From Takakia lepidozioides (Eukaryota; Plantae; Bryophyta): a stretch of 64,000 bases of DNA. A model generated the notes under the pieces. That model made no database searches and was not told the DNA's origin. It saw nothing but the letters and a program-made list of their open reading frames with translations. Positions 10,795 through 24,006 of the stretch are shown here, in pieces (within the stretch, counting starts at the first letter, position 1; each line of letters opens with the position of its first letter). Location of the stretch: the NCBI GenBank assembly GCA_030704615.1, contig CM060733.1, positions 74,586,001 through 74,650,000 on the forward strand. The letters run 5' to 3'. A program made the translations under genes and the position numbers.

Positions 10795-13199
10795 ACAAGG
10801 AGTACATCCCCAGATTTATCTCTCATGTAGACCAGAACAGGTTCTAGAAACAGAATTGTGGATCTTTCATGGCACACTCACACTCTAAAAATTCCATAGA
10901 TTTTTAGCAGAGTCTTAAAAACTAAAACCAAGATAGGTAGATTTCCCCTTTCTGCAGCTGTCCCCTCAAAAAACTGAGTCAAACAGAGTCCATTTGACAA
11001 AGATATGACCAATTTGGCTCTAAATCATTTACATTAGATCAAAATGGTTTTTTTTTTTTTTTTTTTTTAAAGGTTTTCAATTTAAAATTTTAAAGTTACA
11101 CCCAAAATATCTGGTAACTGGTTCCCGGTTCCCTAAGTTCTATATGGTTTCCTAGGTTCCCTGGCCACGTGCCTGCTGTTCCCCTCCATTTCATTTGAGT
11201 TCAACAGCTCACCGTGCTTTGGAATCCCAACCGTCTTCTACCACAAACCGTGGTGACGATGGAGGTCGTGGAGCTCATTTCCCCTTAGCAACACTTCACC
11301 TTGGCACCCTCACAAGTTTCATTGAAGTAAAGCTGGCAAGCAAGTTCCTGCAAAGCCTGCCCCACACACCAGCTTAGCAGTGTCCAAATTGAGTGATCCC
11401 CAGCTGGAACCTTTCTTCAAGCCCGTCGGCTATGTGGAAACCCAGCTGCAGTGCACGGAAGTACGAGTGCCTCGAACACTCTGCAATGTGCCTGGCTTTG
11501 TGGCAGATCTGCCCTCTGATCCTTGCTTACTGGCAAGGGCTCTCAAAACCCAAAAGAACTGTTGTCCACTGGCTTCGAGTCCGAGAGCTAGCTGATCAAT
11601 CTGTGGCAGTGGCAGTGAGTGCTACGGTTCCAAAGGCAATATAGAGAACCGATGACGGAGGATGGCTATTTAACCATTCTAAGCACCTTGCCAGCTACAA
11701 GGGAAAAAAAAACCCCGAATTTCCTCCTTCCCTGCCTGCTTAGAAAGAGCAACCTAAGCTGCTGACAGTAAGAGCCTCTTTCCGAGGAAAAACCAAGACT
11801 CTTACGTCATTCAACCACTAGGGGTACAATCCAGTTCACAATAACAGAGTCAGTAAATATCCTTCCTAACAGACTCTTTCACGTTCTACATAAAGCATAT
11901 TGCCAAAGCTGCAGTCGCACCATTGTGAAGGATCTTTAAAGAACTCCAGTCAGCGCTGTTCCATGCTCCAATGCTGACCTACATGCCAGACATTCAAAAG
12001 GGCGATTCTTCCCATTATAGGCCCCTTCGACCAGATTACTAGGTGTTGGTCAAGCCAAAAGACAGTTCACGGTGCATAGAATACCTGCATACAGAAACAG
12101 CGAAGTGTTATGACCTAATCTTGTTGGGATCCCTGAAGGCTTCGTAGGAGGCGTAGCTACCACTTGGAAGGGACTCCGTACTTGGGCCTTGACAAGTAGG
12201 ATCCCGCTTTCAGCTCCATAACCCAGTCCTTAATTTGGTCAGCAAGCAAGTAGTCAACAAGCAAGCATCACGCATCAGTGAAAACCATAATCTGCTACTC
12301 CATATGAGTACATCTCTCAATCCCTCTCTACAGTCCCCCAACATTACCAATCACATTCTGCTCTTCCGCTGCCTCCCAGCACCACAAGATGTGAAAGGCT
12401 TGTTCTGCACCCTCGGTTCTTGATCCAAAAAGACTGATGAGCAAAGTGTTTCCATAAAAAAAAGCGGAACAAAGGATGGGAGAGATGGTGCATCCCTGCG
12501 CCCCGCCATCCAGCGCGCTCTGCTTCTCGTTTGACCTTCACTACTCGCACATCATACACGAGTGCGCAACGCCGAGACTCGTCGATAGCACGTCCGGAGA
12601 CTCCGCACAGGGACAAGCAGCAACACAGGTGCAGGCAGACACTTCAGTGGTCACTGCAAGACTCCATCACCAAGAACTTGGGGCCATGGCCAATTTTTAC
12701 ACTCATGCCAACCTGGTTCTTGACAAGCTACCGCTCCCGCCAAGTAAAATCATCAGCTCTACAGGTCATGGTGAATCCAGCAATATGTCTGCAAGCCAGA
12801 ATGGGCTACAAGCCAATGGCCCTTCTTGAGCTGCAACACAACGGACCACACAAGTTGGGCACGACTGGCCTACTGGGTGCTCAGCCTGCCCCAGCGCTCA
12901 GGCAGCAAGGCTGCCAGGGCCCCGCGCGCACCCGCCACCACAAACAGGGATAACTACACCCTGATCACCACCAACGCCCATGTGTAAACAAACAAGCGCA
13001 TACCCATGGCAACAGCAGGGCCAGATGGACTCCTGCCCCAAGATATATAATAGTGCTAAGACGGTTCAGGTGTCAAACTAAACTTGACACCTGATTTAAC
13101 ACTTGACCTAAATCCAAGTGTTAAATACAAATAACTAGCTTTATTCTAGTTAGTTTCACACTGTGCTTATTAAACTTGACACTTCCATGACATCATCCA

Positions 13200-16100
13200 T
13201 TTTCAATACAGTCACGGTGATCTTAAAGATCATCTTCTAAATCTGTATCTTAACTCCTCTTATCAAGCCTAATGGCTGTACACTCCTTTGATCTTCTATT
13301 GTTACTGTGAATGGGGCTGGTTTCATGTTACTTAGACCAAGCTTCTGCCTTAATGGTCTGTCATAATAGTCACTCCTGAGCCTCCATCTATCAGTACATC
13401 AGTCAAGTCTGTGCTTCCAATTCTCAATTGGATTACTGGCATAGAATCATCAAAGTCCATGATTGTTTCTCGCCCTTCAGGCTTCACATTATAACTTGTC
13501 ACCTTGCTGTTCAGGTCTGTGTTCTCTGTCACATGAGCAATCTGATTGATTGCTTGATACAGCCTGTGCCTACAATGAGGTGCCACAACCAATAGTTGTC
13601 CAATAGTAATCTCAGCTTTGGACTGGCATATTAGTCCAGCCAAAGTCCCTTCATTACCCTGCACTTGAGCAGCTTCTTGCTTCACTTCATCTTCACCTCT
13701 TCTTCTTTCAGAATCAGAGGAATCTGCCATAGGGATATCAGTATTCTTCTGCATTTCCCTGATGGTATCAGCCACTTCCTTGTGCAGCTCCTTCTCATCT
13801 CTCCAAGCCTCATCATCTTCAGGCACATCACTGCCTTCTTCATTAGCATCTTCTTCCTCATCCATGGGAGGTATTAGTCTAGCTTTGCTTCTGGTAACTA
13901 TCATTGTACTTACTTCTGGTACAAAACATGGCCTAACCATGTGAGCTGCCACTACTGGGCCCTCATTCACAGGAGCTCTCATCTCATTTGGTGTCTGATC
14001 CAGAATGGACAGGCTGCCTTTCGATGTCCTGCCTGGTTACAATAGTAACACAATTCTTCACCATTGGTCCTCGCCCTTGGTCTGCTCTGGGATTATTTCT
14101 ATAATACTGATTCCCTGGCTGGTAATTCCCCCTTGGATTACCCTGATAGTTGCCTCTGGGATTGCCTTGGTAATTCCCTCTTGGATTACCTCTCCCTGCC
14201 ATACCATTGTTATATCCACCAGGCCTACCATAGTGGTCCTGATCATTGTTTCTTCTTGGCTGGGGCTACACTTGATGCACCCTTACTTGCCTAGGTTCTC
14301 TTGCAGCTGTCCTTATGTTGTAATAACAATTCTCAGTAGAATGGTTATCCATTTTACAGATAGTACAATGTTTCTCCTTCATGTGGCATTCAGCTGTGGT
14401 ATGGCCTTCATTCTGGCATTTTGCACACCAAACACCCTTCCTCCAATATGTTGCAGCCTCTGTGGCATACTTCTTCAAGATCTCCTCCAGTCTTTTCTCA
14501 TAGTTTTCCCTCTTCAACTTTTCCTTTTTCTTACTCTTCATCTTGAGCTCTTGCTCTTCTTCCTCATCTGACTCATCTTTAGAGTCATCATCATCGTTTT
14601 TCTCTCTCCTGAGCATTCCCAATTGCTCAATTCTATTCGTTGTTTCAAATGCCTCCTCCACTATATTATGGGGTAGCATATCCACTTTCTTTTGTAATTC
14701 AGGCCTTAGTCCACTCACAAACCAGGTCTTATGTAATCCTGGTGCTGGTACAGCAGCCAGCTTTTTCATCATTAACTCCATCTTCTCCATGTATTCTTCA
14801 ACAGTTTCATGCTTCTTTTGCCTTAACTGTTGTAAACTCCCATACACTTCATCCTCAGTTTTGCTTGTCCTGAACCTATTTTGGAATGCTGTACTAAGGC
14901 CATTCCAGGATAGGAAATGATTATTAGGGAATCTTGTATACTATTCACTTGCTTGCTTGATAAGTGAACAAGGAAACAGTCTCATCTTGGCATCATCGCC
15001 ATTCTCATTGTTCACAATACACATGTTCTCAAATTGGCTGATGTGTACATCAGGATCCCCTTTCCCTGCATATTGGAAAAGGTGGTTTTGCCCGTGTTGG
15101 AGGTACCGTCATCTGTGGCCCACCCTGCCCATTGACAGGTGTTGGTCCTCTTGTTGGTGCTGGTCCTAGAGGACCTACTGTTGTAGTGGTGGTTCTCCCA
15201 CCAGGTGTTGGCCCCTGAGCACTCCCTACTACTGGCCCCACTGTACTCTCAGTACCCCCAGCTCTAGTTGCACTACTTCCCACACTCCATGTCCCCCCAG
15301 AGCCAGATCCAAGCTGCCCGCCTGATCTCCCTAAGCCGACACCTTCGTTCGCCTGTGATCCAAGTGCTCCACTTGATCCAGGTCCAACAGGTTGGGATGT
15401 CCTAGTTGTAGTCTCAACCTCAACTGTTGGGTCTACTTCTTCATACTCTTCATCTTCCAAATTCTTCTCTTGGTTTTCCTCTTCCTCACTCATATAACTC
15501 AACTGGAGTGGTATTGGAGAGTCTGAACACTCTGTTGGCTCTGCCACATCCTCCTCTCCTTGTTTGTCTTGTGATTCAGAAACTGGAGTTCCTGCTTTTG
15601 GTGTCCCATGCCAACTCTGATCAAAGATTTATGTCAAATCTTTAATCCAGGGATGTACCTCAGATCTCTCCCCTCGTGGTTGATCTTCTTCCTCTATCAA
15701 ATCCCTTATCTTTCTTGTAAAGAATAAGAAGGAGTGGCATCCAACTCTGGTTCTTCCGGTATGGGTGATGTACTCTCTGATCTTAATGGTGTGAGAGGTC
15801 CAGATGATTCCCCTATGTCTATTCCTCTCTCCCAAAGATATGGATAATTAGCTTTTTCAAATAACTTTCTCTTTTTGCTGAATATCTATGAAAGTCTAGC
15901 TTCTCTTTCATCACTCATGTCCCATGTCTTTCATATTTTTAATGAGGCAATAACCAAAACTCTCTTCTGTAGTATCTCTCGTATACTGCCTGGATTCTCA
16001 AGCTTTAATGCACCTTGGCTATACTAGACGTCTCGTTACCATATGACCCATATGGCAAGCACGTCTGGAAAGCTGTGTCTTGGTGTAAGTTTGATCCACA

Positions 16101-17408
16101 GGATATCCTTGGGAATCCAATTCTTACCAGTACCAATTCTTCATGCATATGAGTGTAAACATTCACTTTCCGTTCCTCCCAGCCTTCAAACTCCACTCGT
16201 TTAATGGATAGCAACGCTATCACATAAACCAGTGTTGGTAACCAACTTGCTCTCCCTCTACAGGCCACTTGATAAATCTTTATCACTCCTTCTCCAGACC
16301 CCACTCTGGATCTGCATCATGCACTCTCTTAAGAATGTTTTCTTTTCAACCTGGCAATTCCAAAAACCTCTGAAAGAATTGTTTGGACAACCTTTCTTTC
16401 TCAGCTCCACAGGGAATTTGATTCACATCAAATTCTTAATTCTCCAACCACCATGATCCCACCAGATGCCTGTCACATCTGGTTGTTCTTGACCCAGTTC
16501 CCCAGTATGGTCGCCAAATGTCGAGCGGCTTTTACTCACCCATCCTTCGCTATCCGAGGTGGGGACTCCAAGATAGAAGAGTTGGATATCTCTAAACACT
16601 CAGCCCGCTCAGAACAATCAGTCATGACCTACAACCAGTGTATCATGGAAGTGCTTCTGTTGTATTCCTTCTTGCCTTCATGTCAGCAATTACCTTACTG
16701 TTTATATTAAGTATCAGATTGCTTCAGCAATCCACCAGGTTCCATTCACTCTTCCATTCATTCCACAGCTTCCCTCAGGTCTCTCTACACAATGTGAGTA
16801 TGGAATATGTATCAGATTAAGTTATATCAAGTAACAGGCCGAAGCCATGGTGTCTCTAATCTGCTCTACAGTATCACCTACAGCTAGCATGTATCAAGCA
16901 TCTACAGATTGTCTCTCCTCCTTCACCGTGCTCTCCATCCTTGCTCCCGTTCGTGCTCTCCGCCTTATCTCCTCTCCTCATGACCAAGAAGTGCTCTTCC
17001 CCCGAAGTGTCCTCCATGTTGCTGCTCTGCCTAATTTATCTGCAAGCTGTTCTAACCGCCTAACTTATAACTAACTGTCACCCAAGAAGTAAGCACGTTC
17101 CCTCTGCAGATGTCGTTCCCACATAGTCGTTCCCTGCCAATGATAACCATTCCTTATATATGTTGTGACGGGCTGTTCCAAGCTGTGTCGGGCTGTGACT
17201 GTGCCGAGTTGTGATTGGCTATGTCGGACTGTGTGAAGCTGTGTCGGGCTGTGTCTAACTGTGTAATGTTGTGACTGACTATGTAAGCCTGTCTACCACC
17301 CCCAAGGCCTGTGCTAGTCCAAGTCTACCATCCGTAAGTCTGTGCAAAAATTAAGGGTACCCACCAAAAACCCATAAAAGTGTCTAAGTCCCAGACAACC
17401 CTCTAACA
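13200..17408 (-). mobile_element. 5' half of a second Ty3/Gypsy element (LTR, PBS, gag with zinc knuckles, protease), truncated
   Basis: LTR 17408-16519 (TGTTAGAG...CTCGACA, TATATAAGG at ~17155) and PBS TGGCGACCATACTGGG at 16516-16501. gag has CAKCQNEGHTTAEC, CTICKMDNHSTENC and GNPRGNYQ repeats. The protease motif is VLIDGGSGV (~13390). Confidence 0.85.
16501..16516 (-). promoter_or_regulatory. Primer-binding site (TGGCGACC..., resembles tRNA-Arg-type PBS)
   Basis: It lies 2 nt downstream of the LTR end ...CTCGACA on the minus strand and begins TGG. Confidence 0.65.
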
Positions 17409-20016
17409 AGGCGAGACATACTCACTAGGAAGAAGTACTGCCGAGATGAAGACCAAGCTTGCGTGCCACCTTAGGAGCGGGGGGTTTCCAACAAACTCAC
17501 ATGACGTTGAATGGTTGGAGTTACCACAGATGAAACCAAAATAGGTTGAGTATTTTGAAGCGCAGAGAGACGTGCTGCATACAACGTTTGATCTCCCTCA
17601 AGACCAAATACGTGACGTCCAGACTCGCGGGCAGCAATAAATGTAGAACCTGCAGGAAAAAAACATGCAATGGTGATATTATATCGGATAACAGTTAATG
17701 ATCATGAATCAACTCATAAGATTTTAATTACAAAATGGAGACCAATGCAAACCTGTGCCAGCTATGAGATCCAAAATGCAGGAGCCAGGAGGTGAGCATG
17801 TCTCCAACAATACTTGTATAAAGGTGGGACTACGGTCTCGCGCACCCCTCCAAGCTTGTTGAGGAGTTTGCATGGGCAGTGCAACATCTAGAATTGTGGT
17901 TGTAGATGGCATCCAACTCAACAGGGTCTGCAAGGGGGTCCACAACTTTGCCAGACTCACGCAGTTTGAATAGTCCTCCTTGCTTGGTGAGGACATAGGC
18001 GTGGAAGAACATGGTCTGTTAGACGTGCCATTTCCACCAAAACAGTGCACCCGGATGGTTTAATAATATGTATGAGAGTAGGAAGATGAAACATCAAACA
18101 ATGATATATTGAAGAGGGATGATTTTTACCTTTCCTGTCTGAGTGTGTAGAGGGGTGGTATTGATGCAAGTATATTTCCTTGATAATACGGAAATAGAGC
18201 TACCTCTGGAGTAATAAAAGAGCTCCAATGCAAAGGAATCATCAAAGCCCTGCGAGAACACCAAGCATCCATTGTCATCCAACAGGTCATTAGCAATGGA
18301 GAATGCATACTCCCAATACCATTTATCAAAAGCATTCCAGGGAGGAACTTGTACACCATCCAAAACAGCCATGTACAAGCATTCCTGTCGGGCAGTCCAC
18401 GATGATCATGTCCACAACCACAGGCACGCTTTTGCCATCCAAACACTAGACCAAGTTCCTGGCAACTGCAAACAACATACAGAAAATGTAGGAGTCAATA
18501 GCCGGATGATGAGGATGTAAAAACATCGAAGAATTCCTTACATTCAAATTTGTTTGTTGGGGGAAACTCACATTTTGAAGAACTCCATGAGCTCTTTCAA
18601 AGTCGCATCAGGAGATGTACTTGAGGCCTCCACCATATCAATGAAATGAGTAGGCATGATCTTCATGCGATACATGCTAGGTGCACCACCGGAAAATGAC
18701 ACTGCACTGTAAGGATGTTCGTCTGCCTTTGGCTTGTTTCCTCGAGTAGTAGGTGCAAGCAATACAACCAACAGATTTGAAGGATGTGAAGAACTACCAA
18801 TAGGACCAGCAATAGAAGCCACACCTGCATTGGGAGCCACACCTGCATTGACATCCACACCTTTTCTTTTGATTTGCGTTTTGGTACACCCACAACCGCA
18901 GGGACCACTTGGGCTACAGCGTCAGTGGCCTGTGTAGCAATCGTTCTGCATGCTCCAGATCAAGAACAGGGACTTCAGTGGAGATACCCCCTTCATCACT
19001 CACTGACTATCTGCGAACACATTCCTTATGAAGTCCCATTTATGCATAGGGGATAGCGAGGACCCAAGATCTCTTTCCCATGTCTCAGGGGCTTCTTCTT
19101 CAGGCATCCCCCTCCCTATCCTTCGCTCGGAATTAGAACGTGCGAGCTGCCAGAAAATACAGTCAGTTAAATAACTATGTTAATGTGTCATCAACAAAAT
19201 GAATCAATTGCATTGAGAAAATAGTGATTGTATATGTACCTGCTACCAAAAAGTCCTTCTATTCAGCCAAGGATCAAGTGTTGGCCCACTGATAGGCCCG
19301 GGTGGAAAAAAATTACGGTCGTGAAGTGTTTGGTCTCCATTCCATATATGTAGTCATTCCACCTTTCCTTCTGGATCCACCCGGGCTGTAGCAATGTTCA
19401 CCATTTTCTCTTGGGTCATTTCCTCTGATCCTACCTTTACACGTGACAAATGCAGTTTAAGTTCTTGGAGAAACCCCTCTCCAAGGGTTAGATCAGCAAT
19501 AGGAAGCAACTTCATAAGCTGACTCTTGTGTTGCTCCCTTGCTTTCAATCCAGCCTGTTTCATTGTATCTTCAAGGCCCTCCTGACTCTTTGGCCCCTCA
19601 GCAAGTTTGTAAGCTTCCCCCGCCATGCGTTGGGCCTCAACAATATCATGAAAACAGTTCATAACATGAACCAGAGGTGAATCTTGTCTATGGATGCAAA
19701 GAATGATCGGTTAAGACATGATGTTACCTTGTACAAAATCTATGTCATTGCATGGACTGTCAGGTTATACCAAGTCTTTCCTGCTTTCTTGATGCATTCG
19801 TCGTATTGCTCTCTCCTCAATACATTCTTCCATTCAGAGACAGGTGTAAGGCCAATCATATTGACCTTGCAAACCAAGTGCACAAATTTGGATGTAACAT
19901 GTGCCCTCTCTGTTGCCCTGCACATACAAAATGTGATCATTAGAAAGAAGATGTGTATATGTACCAAGAACATGACAACATTGAACATGAAAGTAAATGA
20001 AGAATAGAAAGGAAAC
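17409..20016 (-). pseudogene. ParB-MTase cargo gene paralogue B, 3' part (beta-class amino-methyltransferase-like domain)
   Basis: Exons encode ATERAHVTSKFVHLV..TWYNLT, VVDMIIVDCPTG (~18418-18383, motif IV-like), VPPWNAFD..LLDDNGCLVF and FIQVLLETCSPPGSCILDLIAGT-G. After an intron (17752-17650) it continues GSTFIAARESGRHVFGLEGD. Confidence 0.8.
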
Positions 20017-20435
20017 GAGCGTAGCTACGGCGTGAGCCCAGCCCCGTGAGCCTGGGAGCTGAGCTCACGTTCAAGCTACAAAGCGTGAGCTGAGCTCACG
20101 CTTCAGGGAAGCGTGAGCGGCACGAATCTGCTGGAGAAGAAGGTCCTATAGGCGAGGATTGCACGAAGAGGGCCTATTACCGTGGACAAAACAAAGGGGG
20201 CCAACACACACCATGTGTGCAATGCCCGCTCAAAAACAGAAATATGAAAACATGGCAGATTTGAGCTCAGAATGATTGTCACAGTTTATTTCAATTCACA
20301 GATAGACGCTTACAATGAATTGCATGTGCATTTGCCCTGGTTCCGTAAACGAAATCCATATGTTTGTCAGAAATGCAAAGTCTTCACACGGCAACCTGCA
20401 AACCAGCATGGGCAGCGGGCATGGCTCGTATGTGT

Positions 20436-23400
20436 TCAAAGAGAAGTTGGCGGAGCTCCACGCGAGGTGTCCCGCTGTAGAAGGGTGTTCACTTCTCCAT
20501 AGCCTAGTGTGGCTTGGTGGATGAATTGGTCTCTCTTACCGTTGCAACACATAATCACAAGGTATATGTAATATTGATGCTTGCAGGGGACCCACTTCCC
20601 CCTCATGCCGAGAGCGCCCTCACGCATCGTTACAAAGTCCGGACAAGTGCACGAAGGGAAATTCCCGACGGTAACCTGATATTCTTTGCCATGAAGAACT
20701 GACCCAATTGACAGCACTGTGTAAATCCGTCCATACCCCGGAGAAGGGACTTCGGTGATACGAGACACCCGAGCCTGCAAAATTCTAGCAGATTCCATCT
20801 TGCATTCGTGATCTGCACCCAAAGCGAAACGGCGCACTGTTTTTCCATCTCTTTTTGTTGGGTGGGAGTCGGCACAGGGTGGCGGCATTGCCGGAGCATG
20901 TGGCACATCTGTGCCGACAGTGCATGAGGGCACCACCCGGGACCGTGCAAGACAGAACCTCCCTCCTCCAGCATGCTTATCTCGGTTGATGACAGCGACG
21001 TCCCAATTTGCACAGGCCAAATTGCGGGGGGAGGGGGTTTCATTATCACTGAAGGACGAACTGTTCCCTTCACGCATCGTGCCATATCGTCTGGGCAGAA
21101 CCAAAATTTGTGGTCCTTTGACTCCCCACTATGATAAGGTCGGAACAACCCTGTGAATGTTGGAGCTGGAGTCCCCCTGGAGCCTTTGCATATCTTTGAT
21201 TTGCATTTCTTGAATGAGGGGGTCCGAATTGCCATGCAAGCCACTCTAGATCCTGGTGGGGTGCGTTCTATATGCCACTCACTATCAATGCAATCGGATT
21301 CCTGCACCATGGCCACCGCCTCCTCCAATGGGATTCCCGCTGCTGTGCTTGTATGTTCTGCACGTGCTCCACTGGAGGAGGACCCACCTGGGAAGGGGCG
21401 GGCACACGACTCAGTCTGCAGTGGAGACACCTTTGGCACAGAGAAATTGACCCTGTCTGGCCGATGGGAATCTCCATCTGACCCTGGAAGAGTGTTCAAT
21501 TTCCTTTTGCATGATCCAAATCTTTCCTCGCCTTCCAAATGGGGGATCCTGGATTGTAGAGCGGACCCTTCAGTGCATCTGTTTAGAGCTCTGGCCATCT
21601 TTGACGGGACTCCGGACCTACTCGCAGCCCTTAGCATCAACAAAGTCGTATCAGGGCCCTTGCCTCCACCCCGTCCCATCAGAAAATTGCGGTACCTGGT
21701 TTGTTGTGTAAGTGCACGCACCATGTCATCAGCAGTGGCCACATACAAGTCACGACCTGCTTTGGTAGACTGCTGCATCCAGGCGTTGTGAACAGTCTCC
21801 GCCAAATTACAGGATGGCATGTCGGCCAAGTCCTCCAAGGACATGTCCTGCAGGAGGCATTGCATGGATATGTCAGGAACGAAAACAAATGGTAGAGGTT
21901 CTTCAAGTGACAATCGAAGAACCCCAAATGAACAGGCACGATGCAAAATTTCTGTTTTTGGGATTGAAGAGGCTTACCGTCGTCATGAAAGCTCCCCACT
22001 GTCTGTACCTGAAGTGCCAGAAAACCAACCAGTCCTCCAACTCCTTTACGTGGGTACCTGTTGCAGCACCAGAGGAGAACCACCAAGCCCGGATTGCCTG
22101 GTAAGTGCTCTCAGCTTCTCCCATTGAGGTGGCATTCTTGTACTTGAGACAGAGCCTTCTGTGCTCCAACTGCAGGTCAGGGCGAATGCAGCGCTTTGTA
22201 TGACGTGCCAGAGATTGAGTCCAATGGAAGAGGCATGTGCGCTCCCTATTTTCCATTGGGACCTTAGGATCCCCGAACCAAACACGCGTCGCACTGCATT
22301 GAAATTTGCCTGTGCACTATCAGCCATGAAGCCCGCAAAATTTGTGTTTTGTATTCCATTGCGCTGCATGACGGCCAAGAGCGAATTCCACATGAGCATT
22401 TGGGATTCAGTGTCCTCCGACTGCATATCACAAATTGCTATGGAGAGCACACGCTGGTACGCCGGATCATACACATGGCACGCCATGGTTGTCCAACCCT
22501 TCACCCGTTTGCAGTGATCAAACATTAACCAACATTTAGCCAAATCTCCTCCTGGTTGCATACGGCGGACAATGCTCACACCACTGCCTTCGCCCACAGC
22601 GGACATCTTGAACAAATACACCTTGGACGAGCCCTGGCCAGGGAAGATACTGTTTTGAATGAATTCATAGCGACTCCTCCGTTTCAGGTCCATAATGTTG
22701 TCCATGAATCCAGCAGTGCCTGTGCCCATTCTGAGTGCATTCACCTGGTTTCGAATATTGGGAGAGCTCAACAACGGAGAAATGGTCCATGACTGCATTA
22801 AGCGAATCTGCATCCAGCATAAGTTCTGTCGCATCCCCTTCACCCAGTATGTGTTTCTCCAGGAATGCCTTGCTAGCTGCAAGCGCTATAGCAGAAGGTG
22901 TTGCACAACGGGCATTGTGAACTCCTGCTTCAGCAGATTTCTAGCGATGTCCACGCTATCCCTGCAACTTCCTTTGGACACAGGATGCTCGTGTGCACCC
23001 ATATGAATGCAGGCACGAGTCATTGTCTTGCATGGTGTGCCACCTGATACATACGAGCGTGGCACACAGAAACACAGGACGGGGAAAGTTTGCAGAACCT
23101 GCACACGAAAGTATTGGTCCTGGAGGGGCAAGCCCTGGGGTGAAAGGATTCAGGGGCACACCTTCCCACTCACTTTCGTTTGGTTGAGCGCTTTCTCAGG
23201 CGAGGGCAAGAAATATTCTGGCACTTACAATGCCCAACGCAGACTGACCTCCGAAATTTCAAGCCAATGTCGTTATGGATGTTCGACGTTTTTGTCCTGC
23301 ACCAAGGATGTCCGTCATGTTTCTTGTCCATGCCCTGTAAAAGCCCAGCCAGTCCAGTGGAAGAGGTGGGAGGGTTGAGCTCAAACAAGATGTCCCCATC

Positions 23401-24006
23401 AAACTGTGCTGGCACGTATTGAACCCCTTGCACAGGAAGGGACTCCCAGTCAACAAAACGCAGCTCGCTCTTGCACCCAGGCACACCTGCGAGGGCTTTC
23501 AATTTTGGAATGACACTCGTTATCTCTTGCAATTCGTCGTCATCCAATGACGGAGTCTGCACTGGCGGAGGAATCTCAGAAACATCCTCCGAGGACGAGT
23601 CTGAAAGAGTCACGAAGGTAGTGGATGTGCTCACCTCTTGTTTCACAGGAACTGTGCCCTTCTGTTGCACGACCGATGCTGCAGTGCCAGGGGTAACGAC
23701 CGATCCTGCTGATTGTCTTCTCTCTTTTCCAAGGACACGGTATGTGCCTGGAAGGACTCTCCACTTCCTTCCACACTTGCCAACCAATGGTTTCTCCAAG
23801 TGCCCAAAATCCAAATTCCCATCCTCGTCATACACCTCTTTTTGAACAAGGAGAGAACCCAACTCCAGCGGGAACACTGTAACCAGCTCATCCTCATGAA
23901 CAACTGCAAACCCATCGTCGTCTGCAGTGGTAGTCAGTGGAAGAGTACCTGCATTGGAATGGAATCGAGCAAGTGTATCTCGCTCCCTCGACATGTTTTC
24001 CCTCAC
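20436..24006 (-). pseudogene. MULE transposase family A: GCM-like zinc domain, DDE core, SWIM finger (introns ~23172-23100 and ~21977-21848; frameshifts)
   Basis: GCM-like region KKHDGHPWCRTKTSN..RRSVCVGHCKC..CIHMGAHEHP. DDE core WLMFDH (D1), FMADSAQA (D2), CLFHW (CxxH) and CNLAETVH (E). SWIM finger PSCTCPDF...PCKH. Confidence 0.88.

Larger units (their letters stand above)
3181..13060 (-). mobile_element. Ty3/Gypsy LTR retrotransposon carrying a C5-DNA methyltransferase (degenerate, interrupted; 5' boundary approximate)
   Basis: Minus-strand order is gag (~9390-9216), protease LDSGA (~6630), DNMT (~5915-4975), RT N-terminus (4516-4330), RNase H (4356-3750) and integrase zinc finger (~3340-3181). 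It is truncated at 3180 by the MULE terminus and interrupted at ~6812-9215. Confidence 0.8.
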
